Shown piece after piece: positions 9,001 to 17,306 of a DNA stretch of 64,000 bases. The notes beneath the pieces are model-generated. The model was given only the letters and a program-made list of their open reading frames with translations, had not been told where the DNA came from and searched no databases. Both the position numbers and the translations under genes were made by a program. Source of the stretch: an uncultured Acidobacteriaceae bacterium (GTDB lineage Bacteria > Acidobacteriota > Terriglobia > Terriglobales > Acidobacteriaceae); assembly GCA_963750245.1 (NCBI GenBank), contig CAVVQB010000009.1, positions 160 through 64,159 of the forward strand, given 5' to 3'. Every line of letters begins with the position of its first letter. Within the stretch, counting starts at the first letter, position 1.

Positions 9001-11471
9001 CCGCCTTTGATTCTGTCGAAGACCTTGGTCAAGTCGCCTTTCTCGGGATCTTGCCGGTAGGCCTGGCTCAGAGTTTCCGCGAGACGGTTTACCTGCGTCA
9101 TGAACCGCTTCTGATAACGGATCGCGAACTCCGGATATTTGGTCATGGGCACGGCGCGACCAAACTCGGTTTCGAAATTGTTTGTGTTGACCATCTCCGT
9201 GGCCGAGAACAGAGCCCGTGCCTCACGGTCCCGTTGCTCAAGTTTCGACTCCTCCGCGGGTTCGACAATCTCCGGAGCTCCGATGGAGTGGATCTCATAG
9301 CGCGGCTTCATCACTTCCTCTTCGAGATAGAAGAAGACCTTGGCGAAGCCGGGCTGCTTCTCGGCAAGCGCAAATACGGCCTCGTCGACAACCTGCAGGC
9401 CGAGAGCTGCGTGCACACCTTCGCCGCGCGAGTTGGTCACGCGAAAACGGATGCGCGCTTCGGCACCCGGTTTATAAGTGTGCGAATCGGCCGTGGTTTC
9501 GATCTTCAGTTCGTCCGCGGGCTGCACGAAGATCAGACGATGATCGCCGACCGGGCGCGCGTCGCGGCCAAAGAGGTAAGCGTTGAAGTCCACGGTTCCA
9601 GCCAACTCGGGCGTCGCGATCAGTGAAAGTTCAGCACGGCCGCCTTCAATATCGACATCGCGCGTCAGTATGGTTTGTCCCTCTTTCACGATGTCGATGT
9701 AAGCCGTGCCGCGTGTTTTCGTGGAAAAGACACTTAGCGCAATGCGATCTCCGGCTCGGTAAACCGCCCGTTCGGTGCGCAGAAGAATTTGATCCTCGCC
9801 TTGGCGAGTTTGCAACTGGACCTGGCTCGTTGCGTGGTTCCCTTCTTTGTCGCTCGCTTCAACTTCGATGGAGTCGATTCCAGCGTGCGGCTTGATGCGG
9901 ACGATAGCTACTCCCCCGTCATCAGTGCTCGCGGTCTGCTCTGTGATTCCATCGCCGTGAATCTTCAGTACGGCACTGGCCGGCGTTCCGTCAGGATAAG
10001 AAGTGAGGATGAAAACCTGGTTCTCCAGATTCGGCACCAGCGTGCCGCCTTCCGGAACCGCAGTGATCATCAAAGGAGACTCGCTGACGGTAATTGGCTC
10101 GCCGCGCGTTTCCGAGTGGCTGGCGGAATCCTTTACGGTAGCCTCGATCAGCACGCGAGCCGCACCTTGGGTAAGAGGCCGTCCGGCGAAATATGCCGGC
10201 AACTTCAGATCAAAGTGGTAGGCACCGTCACGGTCTGTCTTGCCTTGCGCCGATCCTACGTCGAAGATCGAAACATCCATGCCGGAAGCCTTGACGGTGA
10301 CTTCCGCTTCGTCCACCGGCTTTCCGAAGAAGTAGTTGGCGCGGACGGTTCCGGTTACGTGATCGCCGGGACGGTAGCCTCGCTTCGTGTGATTATCTTT
10401 GCCGGCAAAATCGAGGGCGACTTTGAATTTCGGCAGAACATATCGCTCCACGTTCAAAGCGATCTCTGCCGTATTGGTCGGCGCTTCGCCATCACCCAGC
10501 AGCGCCCGCAAATGGTAAGTTCCAAGATTTACTTCATCGGCCAGCGAAAATTCCGCCGACGCGACTCCGAACTTATCCGTCTCGGTGGCTTTCCTGAAAA
10601 CTTTGTTGCCGCGAGAGTCTTCCACTTCGAAGACCAACCGTCGATTTGCCGCGGCCTCGTGATTGGCGCGGTCTAACGCTAGCGCCCGCGCATGAATAGT
10701 CTGGCTGGGCTGGTAGATCGGTTTTTCGGTGGTAAGCAGGACGGAAACCTTATCTTCCAGCCGAACCGGCTGAGTGAATTCGGTCGAACCAATCGGCGTG
10801 TCGACGACGTAGCGCAACTGATAGCTGCCCACCAATCCCGCGGGAAATCGGAACTGCGCCTCTGCCGTTCCCCGGCGGTTGGTATGACCCGTGAACAGGA
10901 CCTGGGGCTTCTCGTCGCGTCCCAGCAATTCAATTTGTATGGCACCGTGGCCGGCGATCACCTCGTTTTTCGAGTCGGTGACGATTACGCGCACTGCGGC
11001 CGAACCACCCGTCAAATAGGACTGCTGGCCGAGAATGTGAATCACCGGGCTGAGCAGTATCTGCGAAATCGATTCCGTGCCTTGGAGCTTTGCGATGCTG
11101 GCATCCGCGTATTCAAAACGATAGTTCACGCGGTGCCAAACCAGTTCGTCGACAGCGAGCGGCTTCGAGATTCTTATCTGCTCTCGCCAATATCCCTTGC
11201 CCTGCGCAACCTCGGCGTGGCGCTCCGCGCGTCCGATCACTTGGTCTTCTGGATCCAAAACCTCTACTATCAACTGGCCGGGGCCGGCATGCGAGGAATC
11301 GTAGGGGAGGACTAGATTTAATATGCCGTGCGAATAAGTGGCGCTGGCACCGGTGTCGCCGCTGGCTGCCTGAAACTGTTGGACCGCCACGACCGCGGCG
11401 ACCACGAGCAATGTAGGAATGAAAATTAGCCAGAATCTCGGGGGGTTGGTGTTTCCACTGGAAGCTCCCAT
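6048..11471 (-). CDS. Alpha-2-macroglobulin family protein, thioester-containing, N-terminally membrane-anchored
   Basis: 1807 aa with a hydrophobic N-terminus 'FWLIFIPTLLVVAAVVAV'. Repeated MG-type beta-sandwich segments. Thioester motif 'MPGGCFEQT' (Cys codon 7575-7577). 'YFPEALYINPE' resembles the FPETW segment that follows bait regions. GGAG lies 6 nt before the ATG. Confidence 0.85.
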   Translation of the reverse strand: MGASSGNTNPPRFWLIFIPTLLVVAAVVAVQQFQAASGDTGASATYSHGILNLVLPYDSSHAGPGQLIVEVLDPEDQVIGRAERHAEVAQGKGYWREQIRISKPLAVDELVWHRVNYRFEYADASIAKLQGTESISQILLSPVIHILGQQSYLTGGSAAVRVIVTDSKNEVIAGHGAIQIELLGRDEKPQVLFTGHTNRRGTAEAQFRFPAGLVGSYQLRYVVDTPIGSTEFTQPVRLEDKVSVLLTTEKPIYQPSQTIHARALALDRANHEAAANRRLVFEVEDSRGNKVFRKATETDKFGVASAEFSLADEVNLGTYHLRALLGDGEAPTNTAEIALNVERYVLPKFKVALDFAGKDNHTKRGYRPGDHVTGTVRANYFFGKPVDEAEVTVKASGMDVSIFDVGSAQGKTDRDGAYHFDLKLPAYFAGRPLTQGAARVLIEATVKDSASHSETRGEPITVSESPLMITAVPEGGTLVPNLENQVFILTSYPDGTPASAVLKIHGDGITEQTASTDDGGVAIVRIKPHAGIDSIEVEASDKEGNHATSQVQLQTRQGEDQILLRTERAVYRAGDRIALSVFSTKTRGTAYIDIVKEGQTILTRDVDIEGGRAELSLIATPELAGTVDFNAYLFGRDARPVGDHRLIFVQPADELKIETTADSHTYKPGAEARIRFRVTNSRGEGVHAALGLQVVDEAVFALAEKQPGFAKVFFYLEEEVMKPRYEIHSIGAPEIVEPAEESKLEQRDREARALFSATEMVNTNNFETEFGRAVPMTKYPEFAIRYQKRFMTQVNRLAETLSQAYRQDPEKGDLTKVFDRIKGGAGDEVRDAWDTELHVERVGWYRDKKHYMVRSAGADRQFGTGDDMIAYLEVSTKSIIGGPNAGSFAGSIDVDIEHDHGPFNGRAEITGTVTDPSGAMVESATVEVQEVSTGARRTAKTNAAGQFTLSAMPAGAYRVQVSSAGFRTAAQTLTLRPRDRAVLSATLAVGASSEAVEITSANVAVETETAAVARVSRGGVAAGMAGGVIGGVPGGVRVPQAAPMNGRDFTQLAVTDQKAANSATLIKEGSASPAAHVRSYFPEALYINPEIITDSSGAATITIPIADSITTWRMAMLASTAHGALGSATSSLKVFQDFFVDLDLPVTLTQGDRVSIPVAVYNYSGSRGDVSLNLQQDEWFSLVDDVPEKSVAVDSSRVGGSQFTLEAKRIGKFKLTLSARMKGEAGREDIVVREIEVIPNGREQNLVFNGRLENSVQQELRFPANSIADATKIFVRLYPGPLSQVIEGMDSILRMPGGCFEQTSSSTYPNVLALDYMKRTKKLTPEVHAKAEGYIANGYQRLLTFEVPGGGFSWFGNAPANKILTSYGLMEFSDMSKVYDVDPKLIMRTQQWLAVQQQADGSWKPDASFINEGATNRYNSDVLRITAYIAWSLENTGYQGRAVEKAKQFIEGHMNGKVDAYTLAVIANFAADYGTADHSKDREFTRQAMQLLLDAHTEKDEQAWWSADETGVYARGESASVETTALAVQALLKWGEASGTARKAMNYIASKKDASGAWGTTQATIMALRALLLATEKGSADVRGTLEVLLNGNSVQKLTLTPENNDLLHQFVFKGIEGENIETKIELSDAEAKRIAKLGHPNTVEIRFEGKGGLAYQIVGNYFIPWDEKPANEALSINVTYDRTHLAQDDIATAAATIKNNLPKNANMVMVDLGIPPGFDLLSEDLQDFIEKSSSQKTGRLEKFSLTATQAILYFNSIAPQQTVALHFRLRAKYPIRVRTFQSRVYEYYDPEVSSLARPVQLEVRAR

Positions 11472-11761
11472 GGCATCTCCGTGACTGTCATCGGCCGCTA
11501 CAGCTTCTCTGACTCAGCTGTAGAACGCGGCCTTTACCAGTCCTTGCAACATAAAAGGGGCGACTGTAGCCCTTCTTGTCGAATAGACACCGGAGACGTG
11601 AGACTAGGATACGGAGGAGCCAGATCAGCCAAGCAAACAACAAATTCAGTTTTCAACAGGTTTTGTGCTCACGCTCTGGAAACTACCCTGTTTACTTTAT
11701 ATAAACTTGCTTTTCGCCCTGCTAGAGACGGGTATTGGTCATTACCCAGGAGGAACTTTCG

Positions 11762-13402
11762 TTGCCACTGAATCAGGATGTGCTTTGGTACAAGGATGCA
11801 ATCATTTACCAAGTCCACGTCCGCACGTTTTACGACAGCAACGGCGACGGCATCGGGGACTTTCAAGGACTTGAGCAGAAGCTCGGATACCTGCAGGAAC
11901 TCGGCATCAATGCGATCTGGCTGATGCCGTTCTTTCCGTCGCCTCTGCGCGACGACGGTTACGACATTGCGGATTACAACGCTGTCCACGCCAGCTATGG
12001 GACCCTGGAAGATTTCCGAGTTCTTCTGAATTCTGCCCACAGCCGCGGAATACGGGTCATCATCGAAATGGTGCTGAATCACACCTCCGACCAGCATCCG
12101 TGGTTTCAGGAGTCGCGAAGCTCGCGGGACAATCCCCGCCGTGATTGGTATGTGTGGAGCGATACCGACAATCGCTATAAGGGAACGCGGATTATTTTTC
12201 TGGACACCGAAAAATCAAATTGGGCGTGGGATCCGATTTCGAAAGCCTACTACTGGCATCGCTTCTTTAGTCACCAGCCCGATCTCAACTATGACAATCC
12301 CGCCGTTCGCGAACAGATGTGGAACGTAATGCGCTTCTGGCTGGAGATGGGCGTTGACGCGTTTCGCCTGGATGCCGTGCCCTATCTGGTGGAGCGGGAG
12401 GGGACAAGTTGCGAGAACCTGCTGGAGACTCATGCGATCCTGAAAGAGCTGCGGCGAAAGCTCGACGAACAATTTCCGGGCAGGATGCTACTGGCGGAAG
12501 CGAACCAGTGGCCCGCCGATCTTCGCCCGTATTTCGGCGAGGGCGATGAATTTCATATGGCGTTTCATTTTCCCTTGATGCCTCGAATGTTCATGGGCCT
12601 CAAGCTGGAAGATCGCAAACCCATCACGGAAATTCTGCAGCAGACTCCGGAAATCCCTTCAACCTGCCAGTGGTCGCTTTTTCTGCGAAACCATGACGAA
12701 TTGACGCTGGAGATGGTTACGGACATAGAACGCGACTACATGTACGACGCCTATGCCGAAGATAAGACGATGCGGTTGAACCTGGGAATTCGCCGCCGCC
12801 TGGCTCCGTTGCTGGATAATGACCGCAGGCGCATCGAGTTGATGAACGGGATGCTGATGTCGCTGCCAGGCACTCCGATTATTTATTACGGCGATGAAAT
12901 CGGGATGGGCGATAACATCAATCTCGGCGACCGCAACGGGGTAAGAACGCCCATGCAGTGGAGCGGAGGATGGAACGGAGGATTTTCCACGGCGGAACCG
13001 GACCGGCTCTACGCTCCGCTGATCCAGAATCCGGTGTACGGCTATCCGGCAGTGAACGTACTGTCGCAACTGGGGAGCGGACATTCTCTGCTGCATTGGA
13101 TGCAAAGCATGATTGCGGTGCGCCGGTCGACGGCCGTGTTCGGCCGAGGGTCGATCGAGTTTCTCCATCCGGCCAATCACAGAATTCTGGCTTACGTTCG
13201 CCGGCTGGGTAACGAGTCGGTTCTGGTGGTCAATAATCTTTCGGGGGCGGCACAGGCTGTCGAACTGGATCTGCGGCGCTACAAGGGAAATATTCCGATC
13301 GAGATGTCCGGCAGGAATATATTTCCTCGAGTAGGGGACCTTCCCTATCTTTTGACGTTGGGGCCTTATCAGTTTTTTTGGTTCCGGCTGCGCCGGATCT
13401 AA
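11762..13402 (+). CDS. treS: Trehalose synthase / maltose alpha-D-glucosyltransferase (GH13), without a fused maltokinase domain
   Basis: '[56 protein letters not shown]', 'FRLDAVPYL' and '[15 protein letters not shown]'. AGGAGG lies 8 nt before the TTG at 11762. The ORF is open from 11735. Confidence 0.85.
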   Translation: MPLNQDVLWYKDAIIYQVHVRTFYDSNGDGIGDFQGLEQKLGYLQELGINAIWLMPFFPSPLRDDGYDIADYNAVHASYGTLEDFRVLLNSAHSRGIRVIIEMVLNHTSDQHPWFQESRSSRDNPRRDWYVWSDTDNRYKGTRIIFLDTEKSNWAWDPISKAYYWHRFFSHQPDLNYDNPAVREQMWNVMRFWLEMGVDAFRLDAVPYLVEREGTSCENLLETHAILKELRRKLDEQFPGRMLLAEANQWPADLRPYFGEGDEFHMAFHFPLMPRMFMGLKLEDRKPITEILQQTPEIPSTCQWSLFLRNHDELTLEMVTDIERDYMYDAYAEDKTMRLNLGIRRRLAPLLDNDRRRIELMNGMLMSLPGTPIIYYGDEIGMGDNINLGDRNGVRTPMQWSGGWNGGFSTAEPDRLYAPLIQNPVYGYPAVNVLSQLGSGHSLLHWMQSMIAVRRSTAVFGRGSIEFLHPANHRILAYVRRLGNESVLVVNNLSGAAQAVELDLRRYKGNIPIEMSGRNIFPRVGDLPYLLTLGPYQFFWFRLRRI

Positions 13403-13463
13403 TCGAACTTAAGATTTTGCAAATGCTGTCGCGTCGTGGCTCGCGACATCATTTCACACGGAG

Positions 13464-14738
13464 ATGAACTTGGCGGAAGATAGTTTTCTAACGGATGACT
13501 TACTTCGGCAACTCATCAACGTGGGCGAAGTCGACATCCTCGTGGGCTTGCCGACTCACAACAATGCCAAGACCATCGGTTCGATCGTCCAGACGATTCA
13601 AAGCGGCATTCTGCGCTGGTTTCCGAGAGAGCGGGCCGTGATCATCAATGCCGATGGCGGGTCGCGCGATGGAACTCCGGAATTGGTCACAGGCGTTTCG
13701 ATCGATGACGTTCGTCGCGGCTCAAATCCTTACGCGCTGCGAACTCTGCATTCCATCAGCACGAAGTACGCGAACAGCCCTGCCGCGCCAGTGGCGTTTC
13801 GAACCATATTGGCGGCGGCCGAACTGCTCCAGGCCAAGGCCTGCGTCGTGATGTCGCCTGAATCCAGCAGCGTTGAAGACGAGTGGATCTCGAAACTCTT
13901 ACGTCCTATTCGTAATGACGGCTTCGATCTGGTTGCGCCTACTTACCGCAGGCACAAGTTCGAGGGCCTGCTGATCACAAACCTGCTGTATCCCGTGACT
14001 CGGGCACTTTACGGGGTAAGGCTACGTGAGCCCTATGCCCAGGAATTTGGTTTTTCCGGCCGGCTTGGTGGTGAGTTTCTTACGCAAAATGTCTGGGACG
14101 ATGGGAGCCCCGGAGATGGAATTGAACTGCGTTTCACCCTGGCCGCCATCACAACCCAACATCGCATGTGCCAGTGTTTCCTCGGCCAGAAGGATCACGT
14201 TGAGCGACGCGGCTCGGATCTGGTGCCGGCTCTGAGACAAACCGTCGGGCCATTGTTCTCCGCACTGGAGCCGGACTTTCCTTTTTGGAGCGCGGTTTCC
14301 GGTTCGCAGCCCTTGCCCACTCTTGGCCCGGAACATGAAGTGCTGCCGGACTTGGTACGAGTGAATCGAAAACGTCTTCGGGAGATGTTCGCCACCGGCG
14401 TTGCCGAGTTGGCAGCGGTGTTTCAATCAATTCTCTCTCCCGACACTCTGGCGGAATTGCAGCGAATCGCGCTCCTGGAAGAGAACGATTTTGAATACCC
14501 CGCGGAATTATGGGTTAAAACCGTTTATGAGTTTGCTGCGTCCTATCACAAATCGGTGATCAGCCGGGACCACATCATTCAAGCGTTAGCGCCGCTTTTC
14601 CGTGGGCGAGCGCTCGCATTCATCACGGAGCATCGCAATGGTTCCGCGGAGGACGTGGAAAACAGCATCGAAGCCTTATGCCTCGAGTTCGAGCGGTTAA
14701 AACCATATCTGCTTGAGATATGGAAATCGAGAGAGTGA
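13464..14738 (+). CDS. GT-A fold glycosyltransferase. Possibly a glucosylglycerate-synthase-like compatible-solute enzyme; specificity unknown.
   Basis: 'VDILVGLPTHNNAKTIG...VIINADGGSRDGTPE' is a GT2/GT81-like nucleotide-sugar binding start, followed by '..DLVAPTYRRHKFEGLLITNLLYPVTRALYG'. The start may instead be the TTG at 13470. Confidence 0.55.
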   Translation: MNLAEDSFLTDDLLRQLINVGEVDILVGLPTHNNAKTIGSIVQTIQSGILRWFPRERAVIINADGGSRDGTPELVTGVSIDDVRRGSNPYALRTLHSISTKYANSPAAPVAFRTILAAAELLQAKACVVMSPESSSVEDEWISKLLRPIRNDGFDLVAPTYRRHKFEGLLITNLLYPVTRALYGVRLREPYAQEFGFSGRLGGEFLTQNVWDDGSPGDGIELRFTLAAITTQHRMCQCFLGQKDHVERRGSDLVPALRQTVGPLFSALEPDFPFWSAVSGSQPLPTLGPEHEVLPDLVRVNRKRLREMFATGVAELAAVFQSILSPDTLAELQRIALLEENDFEYPAELWVKTVYEFAASYHKSVISRDHIIQALAPLFRGRALAFITEHRNGSAEDVENSIEALCLEFERLKPYLLEIWKSRE

Positions 14739-14745
14739 GGGATAT

Positions 14746-15450
14746 ATGAGGGAAATGATCATCAGTGAACTGAGTCAGGCCATGCATGAACTGGCCAGAG
14801 GATTTGCCCATTACCTTCCTCGTCTCATCGTGATGCTGATCCTCGCGTTTGCGGGATGGGCGATTGCTTATGTTGCAAAAGTACTTCTGCGCAGCATCCT
14901 GCGGCTCATTCAGTTCGACCGGCTCTCGGAGAATGCCGGTGCCGCTCAACTCCTGACGAAAGCCGCCTTACCTTCGGCCACCGAGGTGGTGAGCCGGTTC
15001 GTGTTCTGGATTGTCTGGCTCGGCTTCGTTCTGCTGGGAGTAAGCGTGCTCGGAATTATGGGCCTGCAGGAGCAGATTGGAAAGTTCTTCTACTTTCTGC
15101 CGCGGCTGTTCGTTGCCATGTTCATCCTGTTCGTGGGATTGCTGGCGGCCAGCTTTTTTTCTCGAGCCGCTCTGTTGGCAGCAGTAAACGCGAACGTGCC
15201 TTCCCCGCGAGTTCTGAGTCTTGCGATCCGAAGCATCATTATTGTTTTCGTTTTGTCGATCGTCTTTGAAGAGCTGGGAATCGCCGAACAGACGATGCTA
15301 GTCGCTTTCGGAATTGGTTTCGGAGCCTTGATGCTCGGCCTGGCGATTGCATTCGGCTTCGGCGGTAGAGATCTGGCCCAGCGCTTCCTCGAACAAAGAT
15401 TCGTCCGCGCGAAAAAGGATGAGAATGAAGATGAATTTTCTCCACTCTGA
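14746..15450 (+). CDS. Membrane protein with conserved-TM-helix repeats (MscS N-terminal-like)
   Basis: Four or more hydrophobic helices. 'LPRLIVMLILAFAGWAIAYVAKVLLRSILRLIQFDRLSENAGAAQLL' is typical of the TM_helix family. ATG at 14746 follows GAGGGA. The ORF is open from 14713. Confidence 0.6.
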   Translation: MREMIISELSQAMHELARGFAHYLPRLIVMLILAFAGWAIAYVAKVLLRSILRLIQFDRLSENAGAAQLLTKAALPSATEVVSRFVFWIVWLGFVLLGVSVLGIMGLQEQIGKFFYFLPRLFVAMFILFVGLLAASFFSRAALLAAVNANVPSPRVLSLAIRSIIIVFVLSIVFEELGIAEQTMLVAFGIGFGALMLGLAIAFGFGGRDLAQRFLEQRFVRAKKDENEDEFSPL

Positions 15451-15498
15451 TCGTCAGTCCTTGCGAGGAAGGTTTTCCGCAAGGCGAGTCTCGCGACT

Positions 15499-17031
15499 TC
15501 AGCGATCATAGAGCAGCGTGAATCTCTTGAGGCGTTCGCTGAAATCTTTCGTCAAAGCGCCGGCTTTGTAACGCCACTTCCAGTTTCCGCTCACCGTACC
15601 CGGCAGATTCATTCGCGCTTCGCTGCCCAGACCCAATACATCTTGTAGAGGAACGATTGCGATATCAGCCACGGATGCCAGCACCGTGCGAATGAATACC
15701 CAATTCACAGGCTCATTCTCGAATGCTAGATAGGCTCTCGTGAATTCGCGTTCCTTGCGGATGTCTTCTGCGGTGCGCGTGCTCTCTCCAATCCCGGAGC
15801 TTGTCCACCAGCCAACCGTCGTATCGTTGTCGTGGCCGCCGGTGTAAGCCACAAGTTCGCGAGAATAGTTATGCGGCCGGAAGCTCGGGCCTTGAGGATC
15901 GTTGCCAAACGCAAACTGCAACAAGCTCATTCCGGGAAAACCAAACTCCTTGCGCATTGCTTCCACCTCAGGAGTAATCACTCCCAGGTTTTCGGCTACG
16001 AATGGCAGTATTTTCAATTCGGCTTTGATGGTATGGAAGAACTCCGCACCCGGACCCTTCACCCACTTGCCAGACTCCGCCGTCGAAGCACCGGCCGGAA
16101 CTTCCCAGTAGGCCTCGAAGCCGCGGAAGTGATCCAGCCGCACGAGATCGAACAGCTTGAGCGACGCTTGAAAACGATGGATCCACCAGCGATGACCGGA
16201 AGCGGCTGACACATCCCACCGATAGAGCGGGTTTCCCCAGAGTTGCCCCGTAGCGCTGAAGTAATCGGGCGGAACTCCCGCAACTGCGGTCGGCCTGAAT
16301 TGCTCATCCAGACGGAACAACTCCGGATGACTCCATACATCCGTACTGTCATGAGCGACGTAGATGGGGACGTCGCCCATGATTCTTATTCCGTAGCGTT
16401 TGCAATGATGCTTGAGCTTTTCCCATTGGAGAAAGAATTCGAACTGGGCAAATTTGTGGATCTCGATCTGAGGCGCCAATCTTTCTCGCGATTCCTTTAG
16501 CGACGAAGAGTCTCGCTGCCGGATTCCTACCTCCCAGTCGGACCAAACGGCATCCTTGTTCATGTTCTTACAGGCCATGAATAGGGAATAGTCATCGAGC
16601 CAAGCGGCATTGTCCTTGCAAAACATTTCGAAAGCGTCACGTTCCGCGCGGGCACCACCGGTGAGAAACGCGTGGGCAGCTTTCCCCAGAAGAGCTTGCT
16701 TAACAGTGATTACGCCGCCGAATTCCACGTGGTCTTCCGGAAGAGCAGACTCAGCAGCGAGATCTTGCAACGACAATAAGCCCTGCTCGCGAAGCGAGTT
16801 CAAATCGATGAGCAACGGATTGCCTGCGAAGGCCGAGAAGAGCTGGTAGGGGGAGTCTCCATATCCGGTGGGACCGAGCGGCAGCACCTGCCAAATTTTT
16901 TGCCCCGACGCCGCAAGAAATTCGACAAAGTCGTGGGCCGACTCTCCCAGATCGCCGATGCCATGGCCTCCGGGCAGAGATGTCACATGGAGAAGGATTC
17001 CACTACATCGGGGAAAGATCGCGGGATTCAC
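15499..17031 (-). CDS. malQ: 4-alpha-glucanotransferase (amylomaltase, GH77)
   Basis: 'GILLHVTSLPGGHGIGDLG', 'YGIRIMGDVPIYV', 'WGNPLYRWD' and 'VRLDHFRGF'. Confidence 0.9.
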   Translation of the reverse strand: MNPAIFPRCSGILLHVTSLPGGHGIGDLGESAHDFVEFLAASGQKIWQVLPLGPTGYGDSPYQLFSAFAGNPLLIDLNSLREQGLLSLQDLAAESALPEDHVEFGGVITVKQALLGKAAHAFLTGGARAERDAFEMFCKDNAAWLDDYSLFMACKNMNKDAVWSDWEVGIRQRDSSSLKESRERLAPQIEIHKFAQFEFFLQWEKLKHHCKRYGIRIMGDVPIYVAHDSTDVWSHPELFRLDEQFRPTAVAGVPPDYFSATGQLWGNPLYRWDVSAASGHRWWIHRFQASLKLFDLVRLDHFRGFEAYWEVPAGASTAESGKWVKGPGAEFFHTIKAELKILPFVAENLGVITPEVEAMRKEFGFPGMSLLQFAFGNDPQGPSFRPHNYSRELVAYTGGHDNDTTVGWWTSSGIGESTRTAEDIRKEREFTRAYLAFENEPVNWVFIRTVLASVADIAIVPLQDVLGLGSEARMNLPGTVSGNWKWRYKAGALTKDFSERLKRFTLLYDR

Positions 17032-17095
17032 GCTAGGGTTTTGAGTGTTGGTTCAGCAAGAAGGTTGCGAACCCAGATAGTCCTGCGTTGAAATA

Positions 17096-17172
17096 TGGTG
17101 GGCAGTGCAGGACTCGAACCTGCGACCTCCTGCTTGTAAGGCAGGCGCTCTAACCAGCTGAGCTAACCGCCC
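17096..17172 (-). tRNA. tRNA-Val (anticodon TAC), CCA encoded
   Basis: The reverse complement GGGCGGTTAGCTCAGCTGGTTAGAGCGCCTGCCTTACAAGCAGGAGGTCGCAGGTTCGAGTCCTGCACTGCCCACCA folds as a cloverleaf with a 7-bp acceptor stem, anticodon loop CTTACAA and a GTTCGAGTC T-loop. Confidence 0.95.
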
Positions 17173-17306
17173 CGGCTGTTTCTCGTGAGATCGGATCTAT
17201 TTGTGTTTGATGCGGCATGCGCCTGAGCGAGTATATGCGACTCGCGAAAAGACGGTCAAACGCTTAGCCTCTGCGCCAGCAATCCTCCCCTGCTAGACTG
17301 TTCGCG

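Noticed and set aside
7113-10676. Plus-strand ORFs of 295-330 aa (7113..8084, 8634..9626, 9789..10676) inside the A2M gene
   Set aside because: They are antisense shadows of a 1807-aa gene with clear domain signatures. They contain no recognisable motifs and are typical of high-GC DNA.
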